A DNA stretch of 64,000 bases from Rhizaria sp. SCN 62-66 (Eukaryota). Where the stretch lies: the NCBI GenBank assembly GCA_001724265.1, contig MEDY01000223.1:1-64000 (forward strand), in the 5' to 3' direction. The notes below the pieces were generated by a model. It was not told the origin of the DNA. It saw nothing but the letters and a program-made list of their open reading frames with translations, and ran no database searches. A program made the translations under genes and the position numbers. Shown here one piece after another: positions 30,521-44,100 of the stretch (positions are counted from its first letter, which is position 1; each line of letters begins with the position of its first letter).

Positions 30521-31658
30521 GATGTGTGGCCTCAAAGAATAGCGGAGTTATACCAACGTGCGGTCAGGAGCGAGCTTTTGCTGTGGGTAAAGCCTAAGAC
30601 GGCAGGTTGCGAGGTTCAAGCTGTTGAAGTTTCTGTAGGAAGAGTACGTTCGGAAACGAGCAAGTAAACCTTGCGTAGTTCGCAGATGTAGATCTGTTAC
30701 AGTTGTTGTGCAACCGATAAAGCTCTGACACGCAACCGAGAACCAGGAGCTCGCGCTTTAGTAAGGTTGGCTACTCTAAGAGTGAAGCGTAGTGTTGGAC
30801 TTCTCTTCACTTAGCAGGCTTAAGACAAAAACTAGAAGGACAACTGTTTGCACCTCAGAATAGCTGAAAGAGCAAATCTGGCGGTGAGAGTCTGTGGGCA
30901 CTATAAAGCAACAGTGAGGCCAGTAACAAGGGAGGTAAGATAGCATGGGAAGAGTGTGTGAGAAGTAAGTCAGTGTGGAAGCAATATGTAGAGCATAGAC
31001 CATCGACTCAGAGAGCAAATACAGCAAAGATACATGATAAATACAGATACACAACTAATAGAAGAGACATCATTCTAGATAACGGACACCTCATCGTTTT
31101 CTGACCTTGGAAACTTTCACGTCCGTTTCGTTTCTCGGAGCCGAACCGCAACGGGCGACAACAGTGGCCAGTCACGGCAAAAGAGCAACATTGCAGCGTG
31201 AGGTTGCATGATATCGAGTAGAATGTGATTGATTTGGGAAAAAATATTATTGTATTAGAGAAATATGTACTGAGAAATATGTACGTTAAACGCAAAGCTC
31301 AGCCGTGCGGTTTTCGAGTAAAGCGTCACCGTGTTAACAAACACAGCGACAGCAACAAACACAAAAGAGTGAGTTTGAGAGATCCATCAAGAGAGAGAAA
31401 GCAGAGACATCATGACTACCGTATCCACACAGGCGAACAAACCGCATCAACAGCTATTGTATACATTTTCGGGTGCCTTCGGGCGCTCTCACACGTCTTC
31501 CGTGTGAATAAACGCGCTCCTTCACCGCATTAATGCGCTGCGACGACAGCCCAAGTTGTTGTGACCGTCGTCCTCACCGTAGCCGTCGTTGTTGGTGTTG
31601 CTGCTTGTTGTGCCCGTAGTTGATTGAGCGGTAGTGCGAGCGATGACGGCCGGCGCAC

Positions 31659-33406
31659 TCAGAGGTCGTCCTCGCCGTCGGGGACGAAGGCGGCGTTGGC
31701 GGCCTCGAGCTCCTGGGCGTACTGGGCCATCTGGGCCTCGTCGACGGCGGCCTCCTGTAGATACACACAAAACGCAAACGAAAAAGCGCGCGATAGATTA
31801 AGGAGTATGCAAATGTGGGGGAAAGAAAGAGAAAGAAAAAGAAAAAGCAAGGGAAATTGGTCAGCGTGGGATCATAACAGGCGCAAAATGCGCGATAATA
31901 TGTTCATATAGATCCAGAAAGACCGCAAAAAGGCTAACTCAGGAGTGATTGTAGTCCTTAAATGCAACGAGAGTATAGAGAAAGCGTGGTTAGAGTGGTA
32001 ATAGTGCATACCTGGGGGACGAGGGCGATCTCCTTCTCGAACTTGAGGTCAGCCTTGCCGGTGAGCTTGTACAGCAGGTACCAGAAGGGCTTCTCGTAGT
32101 GGTAGTGGGACTTGGCGGAGATGTCGTAGTACTGGATAGTGCGCTTGCGGTGGAACGAAATGTCGTTGGGGAGCACTGTAGAATAGAGAGGAGTGAAGAA
32201 CATATGGTAAAAGATATAAGAGTGGATTTGACGCACAAGATAGAATCATATAGAAAAAAAAGTAAAATATAATAAAGATTAAGTAAAATTGGACCTAGAT
32301 ATGTGCGTTTTGTTGTTATTGCACGTACCCTCGCGGTTCTTGCAGTCAACCTTGTTGCCGCAGAGGACGATGGGGATGCCAGAGCACACGCGGTCGAGGT
32401 CCTTGTACCAGGTGAGGACATTCTTGTAGGTCACACGGGTGGTGACGTCGAACATGATGATAGCAGCCTCACCGCCGATGTAGTAGCCCTCGCGGAGGTG
32501 GCCGAAACGCTCCTGGCCGGCGGTGTCCCAGCAGTTGAAGGTGAGCTCACCATAGTTGGTGGGGAAAGTGAGGGAGCGAACCTAAAAGCCGTGGAAAAAA
32601 CATAACAGCAAAGTGTGGTGAGTTAAAATTTGAAACATCAAGAAACCATACAAGAATCTACAGTTTTCTAGATAAATTCGGTTTAGATGCAAAGATATAG
32701 AGGGAATTAAGAACGTACCTCGACACCGATGGTGGGGATGTAGCGCTTCTCGAACTCACCGAGACGGTGACGCTTGATGAAGGTGGTCTTGCCGACACCG
32801 CCGTCGCCGACGAGGACAAGCTTGAACTCAGGACGCTGCTGCTCAGTAGCCTGTGAGGTAGTAAAGCGCGCAGATCGTAACGAGAGCGAGGGAGAAAGGT
32901 GGATGGTTGGCAGCAATCGTGAGGCCAGAGAAAGGGCGGGAACAGTGACGAGGACCGTCAGGAGAGGAAAGATAGCGAGGTTGGAGAAAAGGTATAAAGC
33001 AAAGGGAGGGTAAAAATGTGAGACAATGCGTGTAGTGAATAAGATGAGACTGGTAGGGGTGAGATTCGTGGTCAGATTTGAACTTTGAGAAGCAAGGCAG
33101 AGGGACCAGTTCGAGAAGCCGGCGCTTAAGGTTGTATCACATGCCTTGATACAACCAACAAAGCGGAGCTATACAGACGGCAATAGGATCAAACAAGTCT
33201 TATCAGCGTCCTCAAGACATATGGACGGCAAAAGCGCGTTGCTGGAGATCGCTGAAAGTGTGATCAAGCAGTTCCGACCTGGAGGAGTCCGTTGGCACGG
33301 ACGTCGCATCGCAAACATCGGAATCGGCGTTCCTCACCGCACGATCACGGGAAATACATTTGTTACAAAACACACAACAAAGTCATGAAGCTATTAGACG
33401 TACCAT
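31659..33406 (-). CDS. RAN: GTP-binding nuclear protein Ran (215 aa); exons 33406-33404 (ATG only), 32850-32719, 32581-32329, 32175-32012, 31754-31659
   Basis: [52 protein letters not shown], acidic tail PDGEDDL. Spliced length is typical of Ran. The ATG exon is inferred. Confidence 0.95.
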
Positions 33407-33884
33407 TTTTCTTTGTAGTAAGCACGGTGACGAGAAATGGCTTTGCTCGTCATCGCGCGGTTGCGGCCGGGGCCCAGAGCCAGACCGGCAACGAAATTTA
33501 AGCCGTGGCCCACGGTCACATGGCCACCACCACGAACGGAAAGCCATTCAAACTTCGCATATGTCCTCTCTCTCTCCACCACGATTCGAAATCAGCACTT
33601 ATGACATCAAAACAAAATCGATTATATTTAACGAAGCGTGGTTTATGATTACAACCTACTTTTTTTCGGCCTGAAGCACTAGGTACGCGGTATCTCTTTC
33701 GTTCAGGACCCGCTTCAAGTGATTCAAATGGGGAACATGTGGGCTTAGAGTGAGTATAAAGCACACTAAACAAAGCCAACTAAAAGTCCCATTTTGAAAT
33801 AAAAGTTATTAATGCAGTATCTATCTGAAAATGCGGTACTATCTCCTCAACGTACAATATATACCGCGGATTCGTCCTGATTAT

Positions 33885-36126
33885 TCATCCGACGCGAGGG
33901 ATACCGATCCTGGCCGCCGAGGGCATCGTGACAGCCAGCGCCGCCGCCCCCGCCGCCTCGGCATCGGCCTCCGCCGCCGCCTTTGCCTCCGCCACCGCCT
34001 GGCCCACGCTGTGCGCGTCAGCCGCCTGCTGCTGACTCAGCTTCTCGTCCTCGGTCGCGATTTGCCCGAAGAGCGACTGCAAGCTGTTCAAGTTCTTCGC
34101 CGCCGCCGTCGTCATCGCAGTGAACTCCTGCACCGACAACCCGTCGAGCGCCTTGTACAGCTCCAGCTTCTTGTTCAGCGCGCGCACGCTCGTGTCCAGC
34201 GCGGCGGCCTGCTTCTTCGCCGCCGCCGCCTCGCCCCGGGCAGCGTCTCGCTCCCGGATCGTCTTGGCCGTAGTGGCTTCCAGCACCGCCTGCTGCGCCG
34301 CCAACGCCGTCTTATCGCTCACGGCGGCGTCCGCGCGCGACCGCTGCTGCGCCAGCGCGTCTTGGGCCTCCGTGGCGGCAGCCTCGGCGGCGTCCAGCGA
34401 GAGACGCAGCGTGGAGAGCTGCTCCTGGGCGTCGCGGAGCTCAGCCTCGGCCCGGGCCGCCACGTCCTCAGCAGCCCTAATGTTCGCAATTAAAAAGTCA
34501 GATATATCGCCATAGATATGAGCTAGTGAGATAACAACTTGATACAACAATATACTGTAGCATGATATGCATTCAAGTTAAATATATGTTCATGAAAATG
34601 CAATCAAGGCGAGATATAAGAGCACTTCAATTTAGTTGCTGTGCTATTCTTGCTGCAAGGATTATGTCTTTGCGACAACAACATACCTAGCACGCTGCAT
34701 TTGCGCAGCTGCAACCTTCTCGCTTTCGCCGGCCTTGGCCACCGCAGCCAGCATCTCCCTTTCGCGGTTGCGCCAGATGTTGTTTTCCCTCTCGGCCTCC
34801 TTCGCCCTCACTGCGACTGCCCTATGCTCTGCGATCGCTGTCTCAAGCGCCTCCTCGGCGTGAAGTTTAGCCGCCTCCGCGCGCCGCTCCCCGGCCAGCG
34901 CGCGCGCCGCCGCCGCCTCGGCCTCCGCAACGGCCTCCTGCAGCTCCTCCACGCGATCGCTCTCACTGCCCGCATGCCGCAGCGCCGCCGCCTCGGCCTC
35001 TGCGGCGGCGGCCTGCTTCCGCAGCTGCGCCAGCTCAGCGTCAGCTACGGCCCGCGCCGCCTCCACCGCCGCCAGCGCCCGCCCCGTCGCAGCCTGTCCG
35101 GCCTCCGCGCGCGCGGCCGCGGCAGTCAGAGTAGCCGCGGTAGCCGCGGCGGCGGCGGCGGCGCGCATAGAGTCGGACTGGGCACTCTCGGAGGCCTCGG
35201 CGGCGGTCGCGACGGCGAGGTTTAAGTTAAGCCGCGTCTGGGCCAGGAGGGTCGCCAAGACGATGGGGTCGCTCTCTTCGAGCAAGATAGCGTCTGCGTC
35301 GGTCGTCGTCGCGTCGTTGTCTTTGTCGTTGTTGTTGTTGAAGATGCTGATGCCACGGGTGGATGCCAACTGCTGATGCGTCTGAGACCGACGGGACGCC
35401 TGCTCCTGCTCTAACGTGGCCAGCGCGCGTTTGTGAGCCTCATTGTTGGCCTCGGCGGTTACGAGCAGCTCCTGCAGCTCCTTAACGCGGCGCTTGAAGT
35501 GGCTTTCCATCGTGTCGTACTTTAGGCGCAGCTGGCGGATCACCTCGTCCAGCGGGGCCTGGAGTAAAAAGCAAAGGATTCCAACACAAAGATTAATGAG
35601 CTCGATAATAAAACGTTGCTATAATATAAAAAGTTCATGTTTCTATCCGTAGACTAAAAGGTTATTATTATAAGTGCCAATATTGTGGAGATATATTCGT
35701 TGATGTGAGATGACGTACCTCGGGGACTAGTTCGAGCCCAGCAGCGGCGTTGGCACGGGGAGCGGCGGCCTTCTTGAGCAAATTGAGCTCTAGCTCAAGG
35801 AAGTAAATCTGCTGCTGCAGGTTGACGACATACTCGCGCTAGAGAGCCTTGTCACGCTTTTGCGCTGCCGTGACGGCAGCTATCGGTGGTGAGGACAAGA
35901 TTGAGGTCAGACAGAAAGACTGGTGTGAGTGGGCTATCACGAGTGACAGAAGCGTACAAAGCGTGATCCAAGGCATGAAAGCACAGATAAAGCATGATTA
36001 GGCTATTGACGTACAGTTTTGCGGGTTCGCAGAGCGTGAGCCCTGGAAGCTGGACCAGGAGCCCGTGGGCGTGGCCGCGCCGGCAGGCGTGCCAGAGCCA
36101 GCCGAGCCAGTGTTCCTGGGGGGCAT
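33885..36126 (-). CDS. Coiled-coil protein (~578 aa); exons 36126-36015, 35879-35719, 35558-34687, 34476-33885; in-frame TAG at 35839-35841
   Basis: Splice phases 1/0/2 are mutually consistent. Exon 2 reads SAVTAAQKRDKAL*REYVVNLQQQIYFLELELNLLKK. Later exons are Ala/Glu-rich helical sequence. TGA stop. Confidence 0.75.
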
Positions 36127-36378
36127 TGTTTATCAGGCTAGACGCACTCGACTGAGGAATTAATTAAAAGTTTGCCAACAGTAAACAAACAGTAGTTGTT
36201 ATGCCAAAGCTTTTGTCGACTTGACGAGTGTAGACGGCAAGAGACTCACGTTTTGTTCAAGTCACGACTCGCTTGCCAAAGTAGCCGTTTTTTTCTTTGG
36301 GGCGAGATCAGAGCAGATGGGCAGTAGACTAACTTTGAACGTCACGAACGCGTCAGTTTGATCGTGAATACTGGAGCA

Positions 36379-39300
36379 ATGTCTTCTGTAGACAAGCTTC
36401 TTGACGAAACTGACCCGTCACAGTTTCTCTCTGCGCAATTCAGCGCGTGGAATGAACCAGGGGTATCCCATGACTCGGCTCCCCGCGGTGCCCCCGCCGC
36501 CTCCGCCTCTGCCGCCGCCGCCGCTGCCGCAGGCAATGCGGGGGCTGCCTCCGCGCACCACGGCGACCACAGCGATGATGACGACCTGAGAGACCTATTT
36601 CCCGTGTCGCACCGCCGGAACAACGACTCTGGCCACGCTGGCGCTGGCGCTAACAGCAACACATACAACACTGCTGCTGCTGCTTCGATTAGTGCCCGGG
36701 GTCACGCGAATGTCAGTGTCTCAGTCTCAGCATCTGCCTCTATGTCGTCCCTGGCGCTCCCCCCATCAGAATCAGTCTCTCCCATGAGCAAGACCCCTGC
36801 CCACGGCACCAGCAGCAGCAGCAGCACAGCAACAGCAGCAGGGGCAGGGGCAGGGGCAGGAGCAGGAGCAAATGCTTCGATGTTGCAACATCCACACAGC
36901 AAAGCAGGTGGCGGTCTCACCTCATCCCGCCCCTTCGCCTCCACCGCAGCCCTTTCTGCGGCGTCGTCGCAGCTGTTCGACTCGTTCAACACCAACTCAC
37001 GGGTTAACCTAGCCATTATCGAGCCTGTGGCGACCGCCGCCTCAGCCGCCACCAGGGCCCCTCGGCCCCCTCCGCCGCGGTACGTGGCGCTAAACAGCAC
37101 TTTGCAAGAATTTATTACATGTCTTACTTGCGCAACACTGTATTTGATTACCTACTCAACTGTCATCTTTATTTGTGCTCAGGATTGTCATCATTTATCT
37201 CATTTTGTCTTCTGTGCTGTTTGCCTTGCTTTGTTTTTGTCCTCCATTTAGCCCGATCAAGCTGAGCTTGCCCGTGCCTGCCCCGGCCCCCCACAAAGAC
37301 GCCGCCGCCGCCGGCAACACCATTCAGTTACCGTCGCCGTCCCAGGCGCAGGCGCAGCGGGCAGCGTATTTCGCGCCCCCATCCGTGATCGCTGCCATCA
37401 CCCCCAGCAACTCTAGCGCTCATCCCGCCAGCAGCGGCAACACCAACACCGATAACAGCAGCGGCGGCGGCGGCAGCAATGGGAGTAGCAGCGCGAGCTC
37501 CGTTGGTGGCAATATCACGGTGATGTTCGACAGCTATGGCCAACTGCCGCCGTCGGCCCGCTACCAGTCGATGCCTGCGTTCAACGTCGCCAAATTCATG
37601 CGCTCTCAGTCAAATAACTCAACTAACAACAGTAGCAGCGGTAGCAACTCAGGGGTAGGGTACTTACACGTTGTGTCCCCCTCCACTTACACCCCGGGGA
37701 TGGCAGCGGGTAACAACCGCGTTCCCGGTAATGGCGGCGGCCTAGGTTCCGACGGCAGCGGCACTTACACGGATCTAAGTGGCGCGTACATGAGCGACAA
37801 CGAAACCACCGAAGTTAGCCACAGCTACCTCTACAACACCTATAACCACTATAATAATAATAATAACAACAACAACAACAACAACAACAGCAGCAGCAGC
37901 AGCAGTGTTGGTGGAGGCATTACGGTGGGCGGAATCGCGTATGACCCCCTCAGCCCTGCCGGCGACATCAGCGGCCCTCCTGGCTCCCACAGCAACGCCA
38001 ACAGTGGCCACAACGGGGGCAATAATGGCGGCAACAACAGCGTCAGCGGCGCCCCAGTGCTGACCCTAGAGGACCGGCAGGCCCTGGCCATCGCCACCGC
38101 GACCCCGCCCTCGCTGCGCTCGCAGCCACAAATTGCACTGCTCGCGGCATTCCTGCGGTCACTGCCGTTTTTCGCGACGTTCCCGGCCGAGCTGTGCACG
38201 GCCCTGACCATGGCGTGTTCAATCAGGCGGTACGAGGCGCGGGAGATCGTCATGGGGCCCCAGCAAGCGACCGTGGGCAGCGTGGGTACCACGGGTTCCA
38301 GCAATAACAACAACAAGGTCACTGTGAGCACCAGCTCGAGTTCGAGTGCGAGTGCTGCTGACGAGGACGCTGATGAGAACGCAGTTGTGTCTGAGAATAG
38401 CGGCGATCTGCTCGTGTTGCTGTGGGGCGGGGTTGGCAGCGCGCACGTGGCGAGTAATGACCCCATTTTGCTGTCAAAACAACATCAAAAGCAACAGCAG
38501 CAGCAACAGGGGCAGCAAGAACAACAACAGCAACAGCAACAGACGAGTAACGATCCTCGGCAGAGCAAGTTTGGCAACAAAGCCAAGTTTGACGCCATTG
38601 CCGCTGCCGTCGCAGCCAACAACCGCGGCTCTCTGATCGCTGGCCTGCCGGCGTCCGTCACGGCGGCACTCGCGCGGTCACCAGTCGTCGCCGCCGCCGC
38701 GGCCGGTGCTGACGCAGCCTCTGCTGCTCACGGTCATCCCCCCGCCCACGGTCACTCTCAAGGCGGCCAGGGTAAGAATGAGGGGACTGTATTGCCGCCG
38801 GTGCGCGGTGCCGCCGCCACTAACAGCATTAGCGCGAGTGCGCTCAAGACGGTCGGCAGCACGGATAGCCTGGCCAGTAATGACAGCAACAACAGCAGTG
38901 CTGCTGCTGCTGCGATCGCACCTGGCTCGACCATGAGGTACATTAGCGACCAACATTAAACTTGATATTTGTCTCCTATTTATCTGCTAATCACTATTAA
39001 AATTTAGAATTTACGTGAATGGTATATAGAGTTAACGTTCAACCACTTTCTCACTCACTAAGTATCTCAAAAACGCTTTTTCTCTGCTTTTTCTTCCGTG
39101 TTGTTAACCCGTCTGTGAAGGTTCTTGCCCTATCAAGGCGTTGTCCGCTCCGGTGGCTCCCTCGGCACCCTCGTCATGCCCACTGTTGACCTCACCTCGA
39201 CAGCCGCAACTACATCCGCCGCAACAGCAACAGCTGACGCTAATACCAGCAACAACAGCAGCAACACGAGTGACACGAATAATAACAAGAATAACGCTGT

Positions 39301-40407
39301 GGTTCCTAAAAAGTTGGCCGGCTCTGTTGCCAATGCAGCCAACACGGCTGCTACGGAGCCGGAGTCGGAGCCGATCTTGGTCCGCGTCGCCATCGAACCG
39401 ACCGCGGCTTTACTTATCTCCCGCTCCGTCTACACCTCCCTGCTCAAGGCCTCTGTTGCCAAGGATCTCGCGGAGAAGTTCGTGTTTTTGCAGTCTGTGC
39501 ACGTACTGGGCTGCTGCACGCTGCGGCAACTGCTGTCGATTGCGCAGAGGCTGGAGAAGATCGAAGCCTCTCGCCACGCCGTCGTCTGCCGGCAGGGGGA
39601 AGTGCCGAACGCGGTGTATTTCGTCAAGGAGGGGAGCGTGCGCGTGGTTCAACGCGTTGCACTCACTAGTAGTAACAACAAGAGCAGCGTTAATAACAGT
39701 GGCAACAGCGCGAGAGCGAAACCAAGTAGTTCCAACGCCCGTCGTGGCTCTAACAGCAGTTCAACTCCAACCACGCCTGCCGCATCTACAGTCGCCGACG
39801 GCGCTAACATCTCACAGCATCAGCAGCAGCAGCATCAGGGCCAGCTGGCGTTGGAGCCGGAGGAAGAGAAGCGTGGCAAGGACTTTGAGCTGGTGGACTT
39901 AGGTGAGGTGGGGGAAGGGTGGCATTTCGGTGAATTCGCGATCTTGCGCCAAACTGTACGTCATTGAACGCTATTTCAACAAAACAAAACAAAAGAACAA
40001 TATCCGATATCTCCGATGCAATTATTTGCATCATGTTTCAAAATGCGTTTATCTCTTTGACGTATCTCTCTTTAAAGTTACTTTTCGTATCCTGCCTGAC
40101 ACTTTACTCACACACTCTCTATGTATGTCTCATTTCTCTCTGTACTTTGCTATCGCCGATGTAATAATAACAATAACGACTACAGCTGCGCACCGCCAAC
40201 GTTTTCACAACCCGCGTCTCGGTGCTCTACCGCCTCCCCGTCGACGCTTTCCTCACTCTAGTGCCCTTCAACGCCAAGGTGACGATGCAAGCCTACGCCA
40301 CGCGCCAATACCCGACCGACGAGACCACGAAGGAGCAGGTGGCTTCGGACAAGAGGTGGCGAGTCTTCCGCAGGCGCCTCGTCAATCGGGTCAAGAACTC
40401 GACTTAA
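36379..40407 (+). CDS. Cyclic-nucleotide-binding domain protein (~1147 aa, two cNMP domains interrupted by low-complexity inserts); exons 36379-37079, 37252-38937, 39121-39955, 40186-40407
   Basis: FLRSLPFFATFP; FLQSVHVL..VVCRQGEVPNAVYFVKEGSVRVV. Splicing reconstitutes the phosphate-binding cassette GWHFGEFAILRQT|LRTANV. TAA stop. Confidence 0.85.
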
Positions 40408-41168
40408 ACCGCAGATGCTGGAGTTAGTCATGCATCTGTTAGTTCACGGCGACTGGTTGTTTCAGCCACAGCAATACGCATATCTTGTCCGTACATTACA
40501 TTGCCTTCGCATGTCTTTGTCTTAATACGAGTCAGTTGCGTCGTTGTTGACGGATTCCAAAAGTATACTAGAGATTTGATAAATAGTTTTGATACGATGT
40601 GTATTTAATTGCCAATTTAGGCTCAGAGAAAGTGAAGATACACATCCAGATATAATGATTCGTATTTAACATATAAATATGGGGAAATTAGGGAATTCAT
40701 TGGACAGTAAAGAACGCAAACAAAAATGCACTCGACGAAATGACAAAAAAACAAGTTTGATTGAAATCAGAAAGTTAAAGACAACCTGATTTTGGCAAAT
40801 AGGTAAAGTGATTAAAAGACAGAAAAAGAAGAAACTAAACTAAGGGACGTAATAATCAGATTAGTACTATACTTAGAGCAAGAGAGAGAGACAATCGCAA
40901 ACAGCCGGCATATACCCCAGCACATGCATATATCAGCATATTAACAATAAGCTTAGCATAAAAGAGAGACAGCAGCACATCACAATCAGGGAATCACAAC
41001 ACCACCATGATAAGTCGACGTCAACGCTAGACTTAATCTTATGGTTTAACTCGCTTACAGTATGGCAGCGACACTTGGCTGATCCGCTGTAAAGACACAC
41101 AACAAATGCACAACAAAGGTCTGATGAGTCGCCTTTACGCGGAAATAGACATAGGTAAACGTGCTCTC

Positions 41169-44100
41169 TTATGCAGCAACGCGGCGGCCCTGCTCCGTGA
41201 CATCATCCTCATCGTCATCGTCGTTACCGTTGCCATCCTGGCCCTCTCTATCGCTGTCGCACTCAAGTGGCAAGTCGGCCGCGTAAAGCACCCGCTGCCG
41301 GGCCAGGTCGTAGCGGGTCTTGCGGTAGCGGTTGAGCCTCAGGCCGAGGATAAGCAGGACGATTCCGGCGAGCACGTTCGGTACCATGACACCGAGGATG
41401 ATTCCTAGCCGCATGTCGCCGATGTAGTCGTCCAGCACACCGACAAAGAGTGGGCCGACGGAGCTGACGAGCCCGGAGACGGAGACGGCCAGCGCCATAG
41501 CCATGCCGCGCACGCGCGGGGTGATGTTGGCATGGTTGCTGATGATCACGAAGAGCGGGCCAAACCACGACTCGCCCAGCAAGTACGCCACAAACAGAGA
41601 GCCCATCGTCGAGTACAGAGAAGACGAAAACATGACTGAGCCCAGAGTGAAGGGCGCAGACAACAGACAGCTCAGAGCGGAGACCATAGCGAACGGCACT
41701 AGGTCCATGAGCAGAGTCAGGTCACGCTGGTAGATAGACTCGTTGATGTGGAGCTTGAACCGTTCAGACGAAGATGTGGAGGACTGTGAGGCCGAGGACG
41801 GGAAGTTAAGCCGCCCCTGAGACGCGTCGCCATTGTCAGTACCCTTAGACTTGGTGTAGACGTAAGGGGCCGGACTGGGTAAGGGCATCGCTCCAGCAGC
41901 CATTGCGGCCGCATGCTTGCCCTTAGACAGGCCACTTACACCGTTCTCACCCTGATCCTGCCCCTGCTGCTGCTGCTGCTGCTGGAGCTCAGTCGTGTTG
42001 AGCGTTAGCCCAGACACGGAGTTAATAAGCCCCCCTCTAGTCTTGTTTCCCTTACTGTTCTTGGGGGTGTTGCCGTTGATGTTGTCATGTGTGTAGTAAT
42101 CATCATCGTCAGCGTCAGACTCGATCAACAGCAGGCCAAACGTGTCGCTCTGAGTCCGGTGAGCCTTGTGGCCGTGGCCGTGACCGTGCTGATGCTGCTT
42201 CTTGTTAAGAGTATTGTTATTAACAGCATTACGACTTGCAATAGCACCATTCGCATCCTCAGCGGTGTCGGCACAGTTCCCAGCGGCAGAGTTCCCAGCG
42301 GCGTTGCTCATCGCGTTAGCGGGGGTGTTGGCAGCGTGCGTGAGCTTGAACGTCTCACGCTCAAGCAAAGCAGGTGTCAGCTTCACCACCTGAGCGCCGC
42401 CGTTAGAAACAGCGTTTGCATTGATAGTCGTGTTGTTAGACGCACGCGACGACTTGCCCCCCTTAGACTTGACACTTACATTGTTGCCATTATCGCTACC
42501 GCCAGAAGAAGCAGCCAACAGCGGATCATTCAGCGAGAAATTAGCACTCTTAACCTCCGTAGCCTTCCGACTCCGCTGCGCCTGCGACTGAGACAGCCGC
42601 TTGTGATACCGGCTATTGTTGCTCAGAGAGCGCGGCAGGCCCAGTAGCGGCGGCGGCAGCTTCTGCACCGCGTCCTCCCCGTCTGCATCCCCGCGCTCGA
42701 TCGCGCGGCGCAGCTCGTTGACGCTGTCGCGGGCGGCGGCGCTGGTGGCCCGCGACCACCAGTCGCAGATGCGGCCGCCAAGAATCGCGCTCACAGTGCC
42801 GCCAATGCACACGACGACGGCGTTGAGGATGGCGTACTCCTTGCGCTGGTCGGGAAACTCACGCTTCAGATAGACCGGTAAGAAGGAGCCGAAGACGAGG
42901 CCGCCGATGAGGCGCAGACAGGTGGCCAGCAGCAGCAGCTTCATCGTCGTCGTGTGCACGGCGACGCCAACGCTGCCGCAGCGGGAGGAGCGGGCCGCTA
43001 CCGTGTCCTCCCAGGCAAAGGACAACGCTGACCGCGTGATGCGGCCCGTTTCCAGCTCGCGCTGCGCGATGGCGCTGGGAACGGTGGGAAAACGGGCAAG
43101 CTTCGTGCCAGCATTGGCCTCACTTGCAGCGTCACTGCTAGCATCACTGCTAATGGTGCTACTAATAGTGCCAATATTGCTAGAGCTGCTAGTAAGGGTG
43201 TTGTTCGTCAGCAAAGGAGGCTGGTAACTCTTGCTATTGCCGCTTTCATGGCCGCTGTCGTCGGCGTCCATGTTAGCAATCTCGGGAGCAGGAGCAGCAG
43301 TGATAGAGTTATTATTAATGTTGTTTGACCGAGTAACGGCAGCGGCAGCGGCGGCGGGGGCGGGGGCGGCGGGCTTGGGGGGCCTGGGCGGTTCACGAAT
43401 GATCAGCGTAAGCGGCACCAACAGACAGGCCGAGATCGACCCGACTAAATAGCACGCCTCGCGCCACCCGATGACGGACATGAGCATGAGTGAAAGCGAC
43501 GCAAGCGAGTACCCGACATAAACACCGCTGGAGAGCACACCGTTGGCGACACCGCGCTCCGCCGTGGAGAAATACGAGGCCAGGAGAGAGTATGCCAGCG
43601 GCGGGCAGAAGCCCTGGCCGAGGGCCTGGACGCCACGGGCCAGCAACACGTGCCAGAACGACTGGGAGAAACCCATGATCGCAGTGCCTGTGCTCCAGAC
43701 CGAGAGGCCGAGCGCGATGGCCCATTTCCGGTTGTGGTTGTCAGCAACGTATCCGGCGAGGGTCGTGGCGGCGGCGAAGAGCGCCATAAACGCGGGGCCC
43801 GTTAGCGTGCCGTACTGCGCACCCGTGAGGCCAAGGTCATCCTTCATGCTTTCGTGGGCGGCTTGCTCCGGGGTGAGGCCGTCGGTCGGCACGGCGTAGA
43901 GGAAGACAATGAAGTAGCGGATCATGATATTAGAGCTAGAGATGCAAAAAAGGACGACGAGCATGAGCCAGCGCACCCAACCCCAGGACTGGGCCTCGGA
44001 GACGAACATCGCGGCCGGGGTTGTCGTTGCTCCGGGCTTTGCGGCCACGGTGGCAGTGGACACAACGGGGGGCGGGGGGGAGCAAGTCATCGCTTTGAAG

